Assembly (NCBI GenBank): GCA_965649765.1
Contig: OZ287755.1
Coordinates: forward strand, 48,670,001 to 48,734,000
Source: Bispira polyomma
Taxonomy: Eukaryota
Length of the DNA stretch: 64,000 nucleotides
Direction: 5' to 3'
This document shows, one piece after another, positions 1 through 13,260 of the stretch; the stretch's first letter is position 1, and the number at the start of each line of letters is the position of its first letter. The notes under the pieces were generated by a model that searched no databases, was not told the DNA's origin, and saw nothing but the letters and a program-made list of their open reading frames with translations. A program made the position numbers and the translations under genes.

Positions 1-230
1 TTTGAACCAGCTGATTTTTTAGGTAGGAAACCAGAAATGAAGAGACGATTGCCTCTGGTGTGAGTGCTGAGAGACAGCATAGATGATAAGTAGGCAGGTT
101 GATGTACATGGACTGTCTTAAAAATGAGGACAATTACCTTAAATTTAATACGGAACTCAATAGGTAGCTAATGTAATTGTTTAAGCATGGGAGTTGTGTG
201 AGTGCGAGGGCCAGCGTGTTTTACTGTCCA
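1..230 (-). mobile_element. L2/CR1-type LINE ORF2 3' fragment (same family as 9640-11590), intronic in upstream gene
   Basis: Bases 41-215 closely match 9851-10025 (gagacgattgcctctggtg...gagacagcatagatgataa...gtgtgagtgcgagggccagc). Confidence 0.8.
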
Positions 231-325
231 AGATATGCATTTGTATGTGTCTGCAATGTCATGGTCTGATTATAGCATGTCTGATGTTTAATTTTTTTTA
301 TTTAATTTTTCTTGTTTTCTTTTAG

Positions 326-603
326 GCAAAGGAGCGTTGACCTTGCAAGAGCTTGACGTGAAAGCGCAGCTATTCAGAAACAACAGTGCCCCGGAGTCCT
401 CACCCTCCTTTGATTACCCCAAAGCGATGGGACAGGAAGTACTCCTCGGGGAGGTGGAGAAAGCCAGCTGTCTGGATGTGGTGGTGGAGACGGGTGGGGA
501 TGAGGTGTTTGTGGAGGAGGATAGAGAGAAGAGTGGAGAAGGAGAGGGGGAGAAGGATGGACAGATGGTAGAAGTGTGTCAAAGTGAGGAGATAAAGACA
601 TAA
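326..603 (+). CDS. Terminal coding exon of an unidentified upstream gene (xKGALTLQELDVKAQLFRNNSAPESSPSFDYPK...EEIKT*), acidic low-complexity tail
   Basis: Strong polypyrimidine tract plus tttag acceptor ending at 325 (phase 1); open frame to TAA at 601-603; GC/purine content rises sharply at the acceptor; AATAAA near 1859. Confidence 0.7.
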
Positions 604-1372
604 TACACAGTATCAAACATAGTGGGAATAGAGTGAGGGATGGTTTCAAAAAAAGATATGAGGAGGAGGGCAAGGGATGGACAGATAGAAGAAAGAAAAA
701 ATTACATTATATAAAGGGATGGTTTTAAAGATGTGTGTTCTATGTGTTACCTGAAGACAAAGATAACGAGTGTAGAGAGGGTTGGTCTAACGGGGGCAGT
801 TAGGTGGTTTGTGTAGTTGGAGGGAGCTAAGTGTGCGGCAGCTTGGAGGTGGAGGAAGATCGGATGGGAAGTAGGTGTGGTCTTAGGTGGGTGTGGGTTG
901 GGGGATATTGTGATTGCGGTTTCATGTTTATTTTGGGTTATTTCTGTTATTGCTCTTGTGCATTGGTGGGGTTGTGTGAGCAGTTTCATGGTAGTATGGG
1001 TTTTTTTCATTATATGTGTATGGGTTTTATGATTGTTTTGGGGTTTTTCCGTTATGTGTGTGCGGTGTAAGTGGGGTTATTTTGGTTATTTACGTTGTTA
1101 TGTGTGTCTGTGGACTATTTTGGGTTATTTCCGTTGTATGGGTGGAGGGGTTGTGAGCTGGTTTCAGGGTTGTTGTGGGTTATTTCTGTTAAACTCTCCC
1201 TAGAGGCAGATTTGATGAGCACACATAGCATGCTATATACATATAGGTAGCCACATATACACTGATTTAGGATGACTACTGTACTCACAGTATGGGGCCT
1301 CTGGTATCTGAACTTGATTAAACAAATTGTGATATAATATACAATCCTATTATCGACCCAGTCCTCACATAA

Positions 1373-1549
1373 TACAGTAGAACTTCTGTCTAAACCTTCG
1401 ACTTTATAAACTTTTTTTAACTATCCCAAATTTTATCTTTTTTCTTTTTCTAATGTACTAAAATGGTTCTTCTGTTTTATAAACCTTCTGTTATCCAAAG
1501 AAAAGTTTGATTTCCCCCAAGCTGTTTGGATAATAAAGGTGCTACTGTA
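1373..1549. mobile_element. pogo/Tigger-like (Tc1-mariner) MITE, TA-CAGTAGAACC... family
   Basis: TA-flanked TIRs tacagtagaac...gtgctactgta with internal TATCCAAA/TTTGGATA motifs; related copies or halves at 2641-3204, 7234-7406, ~8480-8670, ~33260-33462, ~36080-36160, ~60500-60535, ~62600-62640. Confidence 0.75.
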
Positions 1550-1936
1550 CATCCTGCAGTGTTTGACCTGTTTTGAAATACAACTATTCCTCTTAACAGA
1601 TGTACACTATACTCTCTGTTTGACTCCATTCACTATTACTACATTTTTGCCTGAAATTGAACCATATTTGAAGTCCTAATTTTTTTAAATACAAAAATAA
1701 GGTACTGGTTAAAGTTCAACATCCCTAAAAAATATTATTTTATTTCATTCCTTCAATTCCAGGCGATTGTTTTCTCTTGGGGTCGAAAAGTTTAACATTG
1801 TTTTTGTGTTCCTTTGTTTTTATAGTTGTTTTATGTCCTTTATTTCGGCTTGTATTTTAATAAATGGCTTTGTCTGTGTTCTACATATATTTACAAAGGG
1901 TCGTTTTAATTGCACGAGGAGGTTTAATTGAATCAG

Positions 1937-2131
1937 GAGGCCGTATTTCACAAAAAGGTCTTAGTCTTAAGATTTAGTGTTTTGATTTTTGTTGATAAAG
2001 GTTAAGATTTTGATCAGTGACAATACAAACAAAAAGTCTTTGTTTGGTGTTAAGTTTGCTTCTCACTCTAAGACTAACAGTCATTTACATTTATTTTAGA
2101 TGATAAGCTGAAGATTAAGTTAATACGGCCC
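1937..2131. mobile_element. PIF/Harbinger-like MITE (GGCCGTATTCACAAA TIR, CAG TSD)
   Basis: cag|gaggccgtatttcacaaa...aatacggccc|cag; related copies at ~21200-21460, 28111-28660, ~41975-42110, 57943-58190. Confidence 0.65.
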
Positions 2132-2150
2132 CAGGCTGATGATTCAAGTC

Positions 2151-2468
2151 TAAAGGGCCTTACAGACAGCACACGACACGATAATTACTTAGAAATAAGA
2201 TAATACATAGAGGTTATAAAGACTGGTCACATCATGACACTACACTACAGTTTGACTTGAAGAGATCTCTTAAAAAGCGATGTGTTGTCGCCTATATTGA
2301 TTTATTCTGACCTTATGTTATACTGTCCCCCTCCCCTTCATGGCTGTGGAGATGTATACTTTCTATGGATTATGTAGTGTGATGTCGTGTTTGGTGTGTC
2401 GTGGCGTGTCATCCCCTGTAATGACGTGTAGTGATGTGTCGTGTCGTCGGCGGTTTTTTAAGCCCTTT
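2151..2468. mobile_element. MITE with AAAGGGC(C/T)TTA termini and acgacac subterminal repeats
   Basis: taaagggccttacagacagcacacgacacg ... gtcgtgtcgtcggcggttttttaagcccttt form inverted termini. Confidence 0.5.
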
Positions 2469-2640
2469 GTTGTGAACCCAGAATGAGTCTATACTAAGAC
2501 ACACCTACGTCTGCTATAGTTTGGCACTTAGTTAATACTCTTTCTAGTTTGCATAGTTTGTTCGCATAATCTAAGGCTTTGCTAAATTATTCCATTGTTG
2601 TCAAATACTGAGGGTGTTTGATGTGCTTATATATATATTA

Positions 2641-3204
2641 TACAGTAGAATCTCTATTATCCAAACATGTAAATGTAAATTTGCATTTAGAGCTGTACAC
2701 ACAGCCTGGGTTCTTTCACATGTCAACCAATTGTTCACTCTCAGCTCCCTAAGGCACCACACTATCATCCAGCTTTACAATTTACACATCCAGCTTGGGT
2801 TGTTTCACTTGTCAACCAATAGTTTTACTCTCAGATATACTAGCCATGCATACAGCGCACATACTATAACAACCATTAGAGGCGGCCAGGTATCCATTTA
2901 TAACACCTGGGTGAAGAGGGACAACTTTGTGTAAATCACCTTGTCCAAGGGTACAATCTCCAGGCCTGCAGCGAGGGTCCTGGCTCAATCCTCAGATCCA
3001 AAGTCTGACACTCTAACCGCTAGGCCACAAAGTCCACATGTTGGGAGAGCAAGATTTTGTTTGGATAATAGAAGGTTCATAGAATAGAAGAGGTGATTTT
3101 TGTGTAAAACAGTGGGGCAAGCTTAAATTTAGGAGAGTGGAGATGAGTTTATAAAAGCTGAATATTTGGATAATAGAAGGTTGGATAATAGAGGTTCTAC
3201 TGTA
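2641..3204. mobile_element. pogo-like MITE interrupted by a SINE
   Basis: TIRs tacagtagaatctctattatccaaac ... ggataatagaggttctactgta; the MITE body resumes at 3036 after the SINE. Confidence 0.8.
2671..3035 (-). mobile_element. tRNA-derived CORE-like SINE with (ACATTT)n tail
   Basis: Reverse-complement match to 25770-26106 (ccttggacaagg...ggtgtataaatgggtacctggc); acatgt TSD at 2665-2670 and 3036-3041. Confidence 0.75.
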
Positions 3205-4109
3205 TCTACATATACATACAGTCTTACAATCAGAATAATTAAGATGATTTATATGATTTATATGGCATTCTATTGTAGTTATAACATGTTTTAGTTTTTG
3301 CAATGGATACACGGGTGTTGAGAGATAGCAGTGACGTCGTATGATATCATCTGTAGATCTATCCATCTATTCCATCTATTGATTTAACTTGAAGATTTAA
3401 CGATTTAATGATCATACTGTTTGAAAAATATATTTTTATTTCAAAGATATGTTACATTTGATGTACAAAAGTTTGTGTATTTGGCCAGTATTATGATCTG
3501 ACTGGTATTGAGAACATGTACCCATGTACAATATTTACCCCCCAAAACGTTATCATGATTGTTCTTCAGCCCATAAAAGGTGGCTTCACACATGAACTGT
3601 GCATGTACATTATGGGTGATTTAGTTTGTATTCAGAGAGTTTATAGAAAAACAAAATAGACAGTTTATACGGCTGAGTCTTCTATATGGTTGAACTGTTA
3701 TTGTGTTTTTTTTCCATGTGTAAAGCCACAGTGGTTAATTAGTTAGTTTAAACTGTCTGCTTCACAATAACTGGTCTGTTGTGCATATCAGAACGAAATC
3801 TGGTATTCTGTTCGCCTTTGTGCAGTAAATATACCATATTTTGCTCTGAAAATGGTCATATATATAAAGAGAGTGGAACCCTGTTAAGTCGAATCTACAG
3901 GGATCATAAAATTTGTTCTACTTCACAGGAATTTTACTTAACAAGTAAAATTGAAATTAGAAATATAGCAATGGGACCTCATAATAAATTCTACCTAACA
4001 GGTAATTCCACTTATCAGAGTTTTACTTTTAGAGGTTTGACTGTACGTCATATTTTTAACATTTAATATTACAATGACACTTGATAATGTTTATTATTCA
4101 AGCTTATAT

Positions 4110-4500
4110 TATCAACCAGAGGTGCCTTTTTTAAACGTTGATATGGTCCACTATATATACTCTTCCCAAAGGCTGCGCCTAGTTATAACAATAAATCTGA
4201 TACCCCCCCTCCCCCCCCTCTGTTTGGCTGATGGTCGATTGCTTCCAACTAATCCTTCCAAATGTTTATTGTTCAAACTTTTATTAGCAACCAGAGTTGC
4301 CTTTTTAAGTGTTGATATGGTCCACTATATATACTCAGGCCCACAGGCTGCGCCTAGTTATAACATCAACTCTGATACCCCCCTCAGTTTGGCTGAGGGT
4401 CGATTGCTTCCAACCAATTCATGAATGCCTTACATATATTTTCTAATATGGCGACGCCCTTTTCAGAATAAAAACAATATCAGGCCGAGCCTGATAAAAC
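4110..4500. mobile_element. Non-autonomous interspersed element with terminal hairpin atcaggc-cga-gcctgat (partly tandem-duplicated)
   Basis: 4115-4260 is repeated at 4290-4420; homologous copies at ~7735-7935, ~60562-60735 (inverted) and ~62965-63125. Confidence 0.6.
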
Positions 4501-4639
4501 TTGCTACACTGTGGTCAGCGTGGGTAAAACCAGGTGTAGCGATATCTCAGTGCCTTGTGTTCTATGTATGTACTGACTGCTGTATGACGACTGTGTGTGC
4601 CTTATAGAATATTCGGTCCTCTTTTTCTTTGTGTGAACT

Positions 4640-4836
4640 TTCTCACCAAGACCTCTCACCAATGTGTGAGTGTTGAATCCTGTTTAGGTTCCTTTGTGTG
4701 GGCAAGCTTATTAGGTACTTGCTGTAGGTCGGTGGTTTACAGTGGCTTCAGCACAGGTTTCTTCCACCGTTAAATCTGGTTGTTGCGTTATGACCTAAGC
4801 TGTTGAAAGCGATGTAAATCCCAACTAAATTAAACT
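4640..4836 (+). mobile_element. tRNA-derived SINE with V-domain-like core (ggtcggtggttt...ggtttcttccacc...gacctaagctgttgaaagcgatgtaaa)
   Basis: Same core and tail at ~5060-5220 (-), ~33850-34010, ~41480-41560, 42508-42720, ~49820-50025 and ~56900-57100 (-). Confidence 0.7.
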
Positions 4837-6996
4837 GAAGAATAGCAAAACTTGATGGCTTTATAATGTACTATTTAAATTGTGGCCAAACACACATTTA
4901 CATAGGCTTAGCGTAGTTTTATTTGATAAATTGGAATGATTAATTTCAATGTTTTGTGCTGCTTTAAAGATTATGTGCTGTTGTGTTTAGAATTCATAGC
5001 ATAATCAATTTTTTGTTGTAATAAAATTGTCACCAATATGGATATATATTAAAATTTATTTGTGTTTATTTACGTCACTTTCAACAGCTAAGGTCATATA
5101 GCGATGGCGAGATCCAATTGGGGAAGAAACACAGTAAACCACTGACCTACAGCAAGTACCTAATAAACTTTCCCATATGAACGAAAGAGTAGGATTTTCA
5201 TCCCAGATTTATGAGAGGCTAAGATATACACAAATATATTTTTTTTTCATTTTTGCATGGAAGACATTTGTTACTATCCGATCTCATTGTAGTTATATTC
5301 AGCTGGAATTCCATTGGCCAATGCTTTCCATCTGATATGTTTTATCTTGTATGTTGTATATTTTAAAGCCTTTTCATACAGAACATTTTGTTACGCGTGT
5401 ACATCTTTCTCATGTTTTTGTGTAATATTGTTTTATCTTGTACAAGTTATATTTTAATATGGGCCCCGTGCCTGAAATAAAATCTATCTGTCTATATCAC
5501 ATTTAGCAGAGTAATAAACTGAGCTCTTGTTAATATCTCACAGGTTATAGTATCCAGTTCTGTTGAAATACATTTACTTCTCAATTGTTTTGAACAGCAT
5601 CTACAATATTCCCAATTTTTCACTTAAAACTCTCCATATTTTAGAGCTACTTAATTGCCCTGTGGCAATTTTGCATGTAATAGCTCTTTTTTTCATGTTG
5701 TGTGGTATATGTAAAAAGTTGATAAACTGTTATTTTTTGTCGAATTTTAATACATTGTGATACAATTAATTGGCTGTTGATGATTGTAAAATACAGTTGA
5801 GCCTCTTTAAATAAACCTTCAAGGTATGAGCATAAATATACCTCTACTTTTACAGCATTTCGACTTATTAACAGGCTTGACTTTTTAAAAGAAGAGGCCT
5901 TTTATGGGACTCGCTAGATATTTTCGTCAAGTACATATTTTTGTCATCGACCAAGATGTTAAATACAAAGATGTATAAATTATATTTCCTGGTAAGATAA
6001 AAGGTAAATCTATAAGAGTAATACCAAAACATAGAAGTTTTATTCAATTAAAAGGGCATTTAAAATGGCAATAACGAAAATATCTAGTCACCAAACTGTT
6101 TTCTTGACATGCAAAGAAAATTGAGTGTAAAAAGAGTTCTACGTAAAGGGGTTGTTTGTCTGTATGTGGAAGTATAGAAGTCAAGTTGTGGTTATCTATG
6201 GTTATTTTATGACCAATAGTGATAAAAACCCAACATATCCAGCACTTTGTGTTTGTAAGAAGTGGTGAACCTGTTGATTTATATGGCGTTTTTTTACACA
6301 ATTATAATATAGTGTGGTCCAATTAATAGGTTATATCGATTGATTGTTGTGTTGTTAACGTTTTAATCCTCCTCAAAACATACCTACTTTCGGCATTCTG
6401 TTGTTGTACAAGGATATTACAAGCTGCATAAAATACTATTCATGAATATGTTGCACTGTATTTAGTATTTGCATCTGTTTTAACTGTAGAATAATGCCTA
6501 TTTTTGAATCTTGTTGTCTTATTTTTTTCTTGTTTTGTTTTACTTTTCAAAAAACCAATGAAACACCATTCCATTAATGTTGTTTTATATGAAATGTCTT
6601 ATTAACAAAAATTAACAAAAATGTGTTGATAAATAATTGGTTTCATAATGTTTATTTTCACGTCAATATCTTCTATCACTTGTAAATAATTTTCCTGTGA
6701 TTTTTTCCAGAATAATATAACAAAATAATTTGGCCAACCCAATGAACTGTTGGTTTGAACTAATATAACTACAACAATATCTTGAAAAAAATCCTAAAAT
6801 ATAAAGAAATACATCTTTTGATCTCAAATGGGGGTTTGTTTGTACACCATACAAGTTTTGCCAAACCTAATCTGTGTACAGTATACACATAACAGGTCTG
6901 ATAAATGTGTTGTGAGAATATTTTAACAGTTTTCAATAAAGATAATAATTGAGAAAATTAATATGTAAGAGAATTTAATAAGGTGCACGTATATCA

Positions 6997-7210
6997 CAGT
7001 AAGGAACCTAAAATTTGCCACTGTGTCTGAAATTCACCACCCCCAAAATTTAAGTCAAATCAATAAAAACTGGGCGCAAAATATAGAATTTAGTTAATTA
7101 AGTTACAAAAATCTCAATTTCAGCAAGTATTACCCACAATTCTACCAGGAACACAACATTTTCTTGGTGGCGAAATTCAGATACAGTTGCAAATTTTAGA
7201 TTCCTTACTG
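6997..7210. mobile_element. Tc1/pogo-type MITE (AGTAAGGAATCTAAAATT TIR family)
   Basis: ~45 bp TIRs cagtaaggaacctaaaatttgccactgtgtctgaaattc / gaaattcagatacagttgcaaattttagattccttactg; other copies at 22169-22391 and a right end near 63870-63915. Confidence 0.75.
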
Positions 7211-9639
7211 TATCAGGTCACAGGCGCAGTGAATACAGTACAACCTCCATTAACCGAACTTGCAGTTATAGAATATTCACTGGTCTTCACTCTTCCAAAT
7301 TTAATATTTGATTTCATTAATACAATTTTTCTATTTCATAACATCCGATTATCTAAACAAAAATCCTACGCTTCCAAGATGTTTGGATAATAGAGGTTCT
7401 ACTGTAATAATTTTGGTGACAATGATGTAGATTCAGTTGATGTTACAACTCCTTAATATGCGAGTGAAATTCCTGATGAGACTATACCAGAACCTCTATT
7501 ATCAGAATAGCTTGAGATATCCAGACTTTTGTTCAGATAAATAGGATGTTTAACCCTGATGACTCCTAGGTTATCAAGTAGCAGACCCCCTAAAGAGTGT
7601 TATTTTATTTTGCTTCAGTTTCACGCAATAGGAAATTGTTAGTACAGCAGACTTCCCTGTTTAAAAAATTATATTCAACGCCGTTATTGAATATTGAAAG
7701 TGGTCTGTGGTGTGTGTTGTAGTGACTCCAGCTATCCGTCACCTATTTTGATATGGCAACTATATACTCAGGCCTGTTTGGCACCCCCTGCAAATATTAA
7801 TCTGACACCCCCTTAGTTTGAACAGGTCAATTGTTTCCCACCAATATATAAAGTCCTTACATATATATTATTTCTTCCATGGTGGCGCCCTTTTTCCAAA
7901 TGAAAACAATATCAGGCTGTGCTTGATAAAAAAACACTACATATTCCAATAACAGAGGTTCTTCTATATGTACTTGTATCTTAAAATATTGCACAGTTTT
8001 ATTAAGTCTTTAAAGTCTCTATATTTAATGCTCTGTCAATGTGTATTGTGTAAAGGGTATGAACATAAAAAATGGCGAACAACTGAGTTAAAACAAATAT
8101 CATATTGTGTAAAGAAATTGTTTTGCAAAAGTATTTTAAAACGTTAACCCGCTTTCCATGCATGTGTCGTACGTAAAATGCTCGATGTCCTTTTATACAT
8201 TTCTTCAGAGTGTTCAAATTATAACAAGGCAAATGATTCCTTACAACTTTCTGTTCACATCCTACCTTTATGCGTGACCGTGCCAACAAAAAAAATGGCA
8301 TCAGGATAAAGTTTTGATAGATATGGACAGTTTTAGTTGAATAAAATATACAGTTTCCTTATACTACTAAATACAGGGATATTTGTTACCAAGGAGGTAC
8401 AGCTTAAACGACTCATTAAAATGGTGAAAGAATTATTTAACCTCCGACCTCAAATAAAAAAGTTATGCTTGGAAACTACTGTACAACCTCAATTAAAAGA
8501 ACAGATGGTGAGAGTAAGAATTTTGTTTGGATAATAAAAAGATCCCACCAATAGAAGATGCCAATGCTGCATGAAACATTAGAAATTTAATTTGGGAGGG
8601 AGTGGAAATGAGTTTATAAAATCATATTTTTGTTTTTACAGTAGTTTGGATAATAGAGGTCTCTACTAGAAAAATGTATGTGATGAGATCAATGATCTTG
8701 TCCCTTATTGGCACATTTGGAATAAACTGGTACAGACATACATACATGGAAACAGTGCTTGTATTCTGTGGATAAGGTGCAACTTTTGCTTTTGTGTGAA
8801 AATTATGATAGAGACTCTAAAAAGTTCAAAGTTAACCAATTTAAGGGCTCCACAAGTGACAAATCAGTCAATTGTTTGTTGTTGTTTTTTTAGTGTAAAA
8901 TAGAAATAGTTGTATATTCTGCAGAAAGTAATGTTAAGAAAAAATAATTGTATATATATATTCGCAGAGAAATGTATAGACAAATAGGTGTTGCTGAAGC
9001 TAACGTGTCTTAATGTGATATACAACAATATTCACACAGTTATAATCAGTAATATGTTGAAATCGTTCTGTACAAAAATTTATCATAAGTATTTTATGTA
9101 TAGTACATAATAAAAATGTTAAGCATTCTACCTGGTTTCCTTGTGTGTTAAAGAATGTACTTACCTATTCTTAAAATGTACTTACCTATTCTTAAAACCT
9201 GCAGTGGCTTAGTGGTACCACTCTTACCTTTCACATCTGCAGGTGTGCGTTCACATTTTTGTTCCAGCAAGTACATGGGTAACTTGGCAGTAGACTTAGT
9301 GAAGGTTGGTTGTTTGCAGTCCAGAAATCTGGACCAGCTACCTTGTTGTATCTTCACCCAGCAGTAAACTACCTGTTGCGTTGTGATACACCGTTCTTGA
9401 TAGTGACATGAAACCCAAAATAAATAAACATTGCTCTATTGCCTTTAGATTCATGGAACTGTTTCACCTTGGCAAGTAACACTCGCCTTCGAACTATGTG
9501 GTCATGGATCAAATCTCAGTTCCAGCATATGTTTATGACAGCAGTAGACTTGCCCACAGGATTTTGTTCTAGTTATAGGCAACTTCCACTTATTCCTACA
9601 AAAATACAACATTTTCTGATGTTGAGACCTTAAAACTTG

Positions 9640-10547
9640 TTAATGTATTTACTTCTATAGAGCCACAATCGATAACCAGGCATCCTCTGTGGCGCATATC
9701 CTAGTAAGTGTGCAAGAGCATAGTCCGGTATATGGAAAAAGGTTCGTGATCAGTGATTCAGTCGTGACCATCAGATGCATGCTAGGGTGGGAAAGCGAGC
9801 TGATACAGATGTGTTTTGAGCCTTTTTCTGAAACCCATGATGATGGTGGAGAGACGATTGCCTCTGGTGAGATTGCTGAGAGACAGCATAGATGATAATA
9901 GGCAGGTTGATGTACATGAATTGTCTTAAAAATGAGGATGATTACCTTAAATATAATATAAAACTCAATAGGTAACAAATGTAATTGTTTCAGCAGGGGA
10001 GTAGTGTGAGTGCGAGGGCCAGCATGGCTTACTATTCTGCACAGGTTATTTTGTATTTTCTGTAGTTTGTTTATTTGGCCCTTTCCAATTCCATATAGTA
10101 GTGAGTTACAGTAATCTAGTCGACTTAACACTAGGGCATTTGCCACTGCAACGGCATTTTCTTGGGTTAAATGTCGTCGAATCCTGCGAAAGTCACGGAT
10201 GTTGCTATAGCAGGAACAACAGATATTTGAGACATGTTTTTTGAAGGAGAAGTCAGAGTCAAAAGTAATCCCAAGGTTCTTTGCACTGTCAGCAGGAACA
10301 GTTCTGTTACCAAGGAGAGTAGCAGGGAAGAAGTCAAGAACCTTTTCCCTCTGATTTTTGGAGCCAAAAAGTAGGAATTCTGTCTTGTAAGGGTTAAGTT
10401 TCAATTTTGAATTACTCATCCAAGATTCGATCGAAGACAGGCATCTAGCAAGCTGTTCCAGGATCTTAGAACAATTTTGGGGAGTGAGGCAGCAGTAGAT
10501 CTGTGTGTCATCTGTATGGAAGTGATAGCTACTATTGTGGTGTGAGG

Positions 10548-10590
<43 letters not shown>

Positions 10591-11590
10591 GAGGGGAGTA
10601 GTGTACAGTGAGACCAGAAGGGGCCCTAGGACAGAACCTTGAGGGACACCGAAAGGGAGATCAAAGGGAGCTGACTTAGCTCCGTTGACCCTGATGATTT
10701 GATTACGGCATTTGAGGTAGGATTTAATCCATTGAGGAACTGAGTCAGATAGCCCGAATCAAGAATTAAGGCATTCAGAAAGTATCTTGTGGTCAATTGT
10801 GTTGAATGCAGTAGACAAATCGAGGAGGGTGAGGGCAGCCACACCACCCCTATCTAAGATCATATTAATGTCACTGCTGATTTTTAGAAGTGCTGTTTCA
10901 GTTGAATGGAATTTTCTGTAGGCTGACTGGTGTGTATTTCCCATATGGTTGGTGTACAGGTGTTCATTTACTTGGAGAGCAACAGCTTTCACAATCAATT
11001 TTGAGACAAAGCTTAGATTTGATACTGGTCTGTAATTTTTGAGGTTATTTCTGTCTAGATTTGGCTTTTTGAGTATGGGGGTTACATTGGCAGTTCTGAA
11101 CGACTTGGAGAAGCTGCCCTCTTGGAGTAATTTATGATGTTTGAGATAGGAGTTAATAGGATATCTGTACAATCCTTCAGTAAGGAAGTTGGGATAGGGT
11201 CTTGGTTATATTGTTTGGAAGGGGATGAAGTAATAATTTTGAGGACTTCATCTCTGCTGAGTGTTCTGAACTTATATAAGATAGCAGGTTTGTATGGTGG
11301 AGTTGGGGTGTTGAGAGAGGTGCATGCTTTGAAAGCCATACAAATTTTATCAATCTTCCCTGAGAAAAATTTTCCAAATGAATTTGCAGCTTCAGAAAAG
11401 TTGTTACAGTCCGGTAGAAATAGGATCTGTAACTTTATGAAGTATCTTCTTCACAGATTGTCAAAATTTCCTTGAGTCAGTGCAACTTCTTGAGATGAGA
11501 GAATCGTAGTGATATTTCTTAGCCTTTGACAGGAGCCTATTGTGATGGTTGACAGCCGCTCTGTAGTGTGACCTATCAACCCTGCATTTA
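9640..11590 (-). mobile_element. Decayed 5'-truncated L2/CR1-clade LINE (reverse transcriptase pseudogene)
   Basis: Frameshifted ORFs give KNYRPVSNLSFVSK, QSAYRKFHSTETALL, LLDLSTAFNTIDH, PQGSVLG, HTDD (degenerate YADD), LKLNPYKTE and SRLDYCNSLL; an (AT)n tract interrupts the RT domain at ~10550-10585. Confidence 0.92.
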
Positions 11591-11629
11591 GTGTGGCGCC
11601 AAATAGCTGATCCTGAAGTCTCCTAGCAA

Positions 11630-11912
11630 GTCATGCACTTTGGCTCTTATTCTCACAACACTCCTCAAAAATTGTTTAGATAAACTACTCCCTGTAGTCA
11701 CTAAAATATTAAATTTGTTTCTTACAAGTGGAATAATGCCACCAGGTTTCAAACATGCAGTAGTTACTCCCCATTTAAACAAAATCGAGCTGAACTTATC
11801 TTCAGGACCAGTGTCAAGCCTTCCGTATCTGTCCAAGATCATAGAAAATGTGATTTTAGAACAGCTTCAGGAGCTTGTAATTTTAAACAATCTGGAGGAA
11901 GATCTATCATGA
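11630..11912 (+). mobile_element. L2/CR1 RT fragment, different subfamily, opposite orientation
   Basis: LLKNCLDKLLPVVTKILNLFLTSGIMPPGFKHAVVTP...PVSSLPYLSKIIE is the pre-RT region of CR1/L2 ORF2. Confidence 0.75.
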
Positions 11913-12689
11913 GGTCCACCACACAACAAGCTGGCTGGAATATTGACACCATGCAGTTTTTGAGCAAAATGTTGCTAGCCAGTCATCAAATTTTTTTGAG
12001 TTTATATAGCTGTGTTAATTAAATCAATAATATGTGACCCAATAATAGGCTCATTATCTTCTGTCAAAATTTCATTCCATAGTAAAGTATCTTTTAGGTT
12101 TTGAGATGTTGACTTTTACTCCTCCACGATGCAGGCAGTGTTTTTTATAGGTCACCTACTAGATATTCACACTTTTAAAAGTTTTTTTTCGCCCTAGCAA
12201 ACGAGAAATAAAGTATCTTTTCTCTCACCATTGCATACAGGTATTTTTTAATAGGTCACCTGTATCCTTGTCTAATCTGAACATGGCAATAACTGGAATT
12301 TCTTCCCAACGGATTTACACAGACCCAGTCAGTCGACCAACAATGAAAGTGACCTTGTGAAGGTGATTTACTAACTTATGTTGGTGATAAGGTAAAAGGT
12401 TTTTGAGGGAAGTAAAGATGATGGTGGAATTATATGTACATACATGAATTACATAAAATATGTTTGTGCATTTATTCTCTAACTTTTAACATATACATAT
12501 GAATTTATTAGTAGCGGTTAGACAACAAACTAAACTAATGTAGAGAATAATAGAAGCTTAATTACCCCCAAGCCCAACTTAGTTGCAATGAATGGAATTA
12601 CAGTCCCTAAGATTGGAGACAACAATGTTGGTAAATATGTTTCTCCTTTTAGAAGTATACCTCGTGCTCAACCAGTTGCCCGGCATTAG

Positions 12690-13260
12690 AATGTTCAAAA
12701 TGCACTGATGAAGTATATGCGCATACTAAGAATTATTGAGACTTATAGTTAAATGCCAAGCAACTTGCCCTGACCAGGTAAATCATAATATGTTAAAACA
12801 AGTGTCACGTCTGTGTAAATTATTCAACAACTACAAACATACCCAGATATGTGGAAATGAACAAATGTGGTCCCATGCACTGCATAAGAAAGATAATCCC
12901 CAGGTAATCCATAATTATAGCCTAATCTTAATAATAAATTGTGTTTGTAAGGCTTTTGAGAGAATTGGTTTTAAACAGACATTTAAGTATGTCACAGATA
13001 ACAATCTAATAACTTCCAGACAATCACACTCTACTCCATGCAGGTGTGTGTCTTGTCTACTAACTAGCACATTTATATTGTATATTTGCTGAAGCACTTG
13101 TTAAGACATACAATGTTTACATGGTGTTCGATCATATACACAATATATCCTTGTCTGGAACAAGAGATTGGCTTTAAAACTTCCAAGAATTGAATTTGTC
13201 GTCTACTTTTAAATCATTTAAAAACTATCTTTCCCAAAGAAAACAGTGAGTAAATATTAT
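12690..13260 (+). mobile_element. Highly degenerate CR1-like LINE RT fragment
   Basis: LHKKDNPQVIHNYSLILIINCVCKAFERIGFKQTFKYVTDNNLITSRQS resembles the KKG..NYRPISL...K..ER...NLI...QSGF motif. Confidence 0.6.

Noticed and set aside
747-1190. Overlapping ORFs in the GT-rich stretch after the first exon
   Set aside because: Low-complexity degenerate repeat in a probable 3' UTR.
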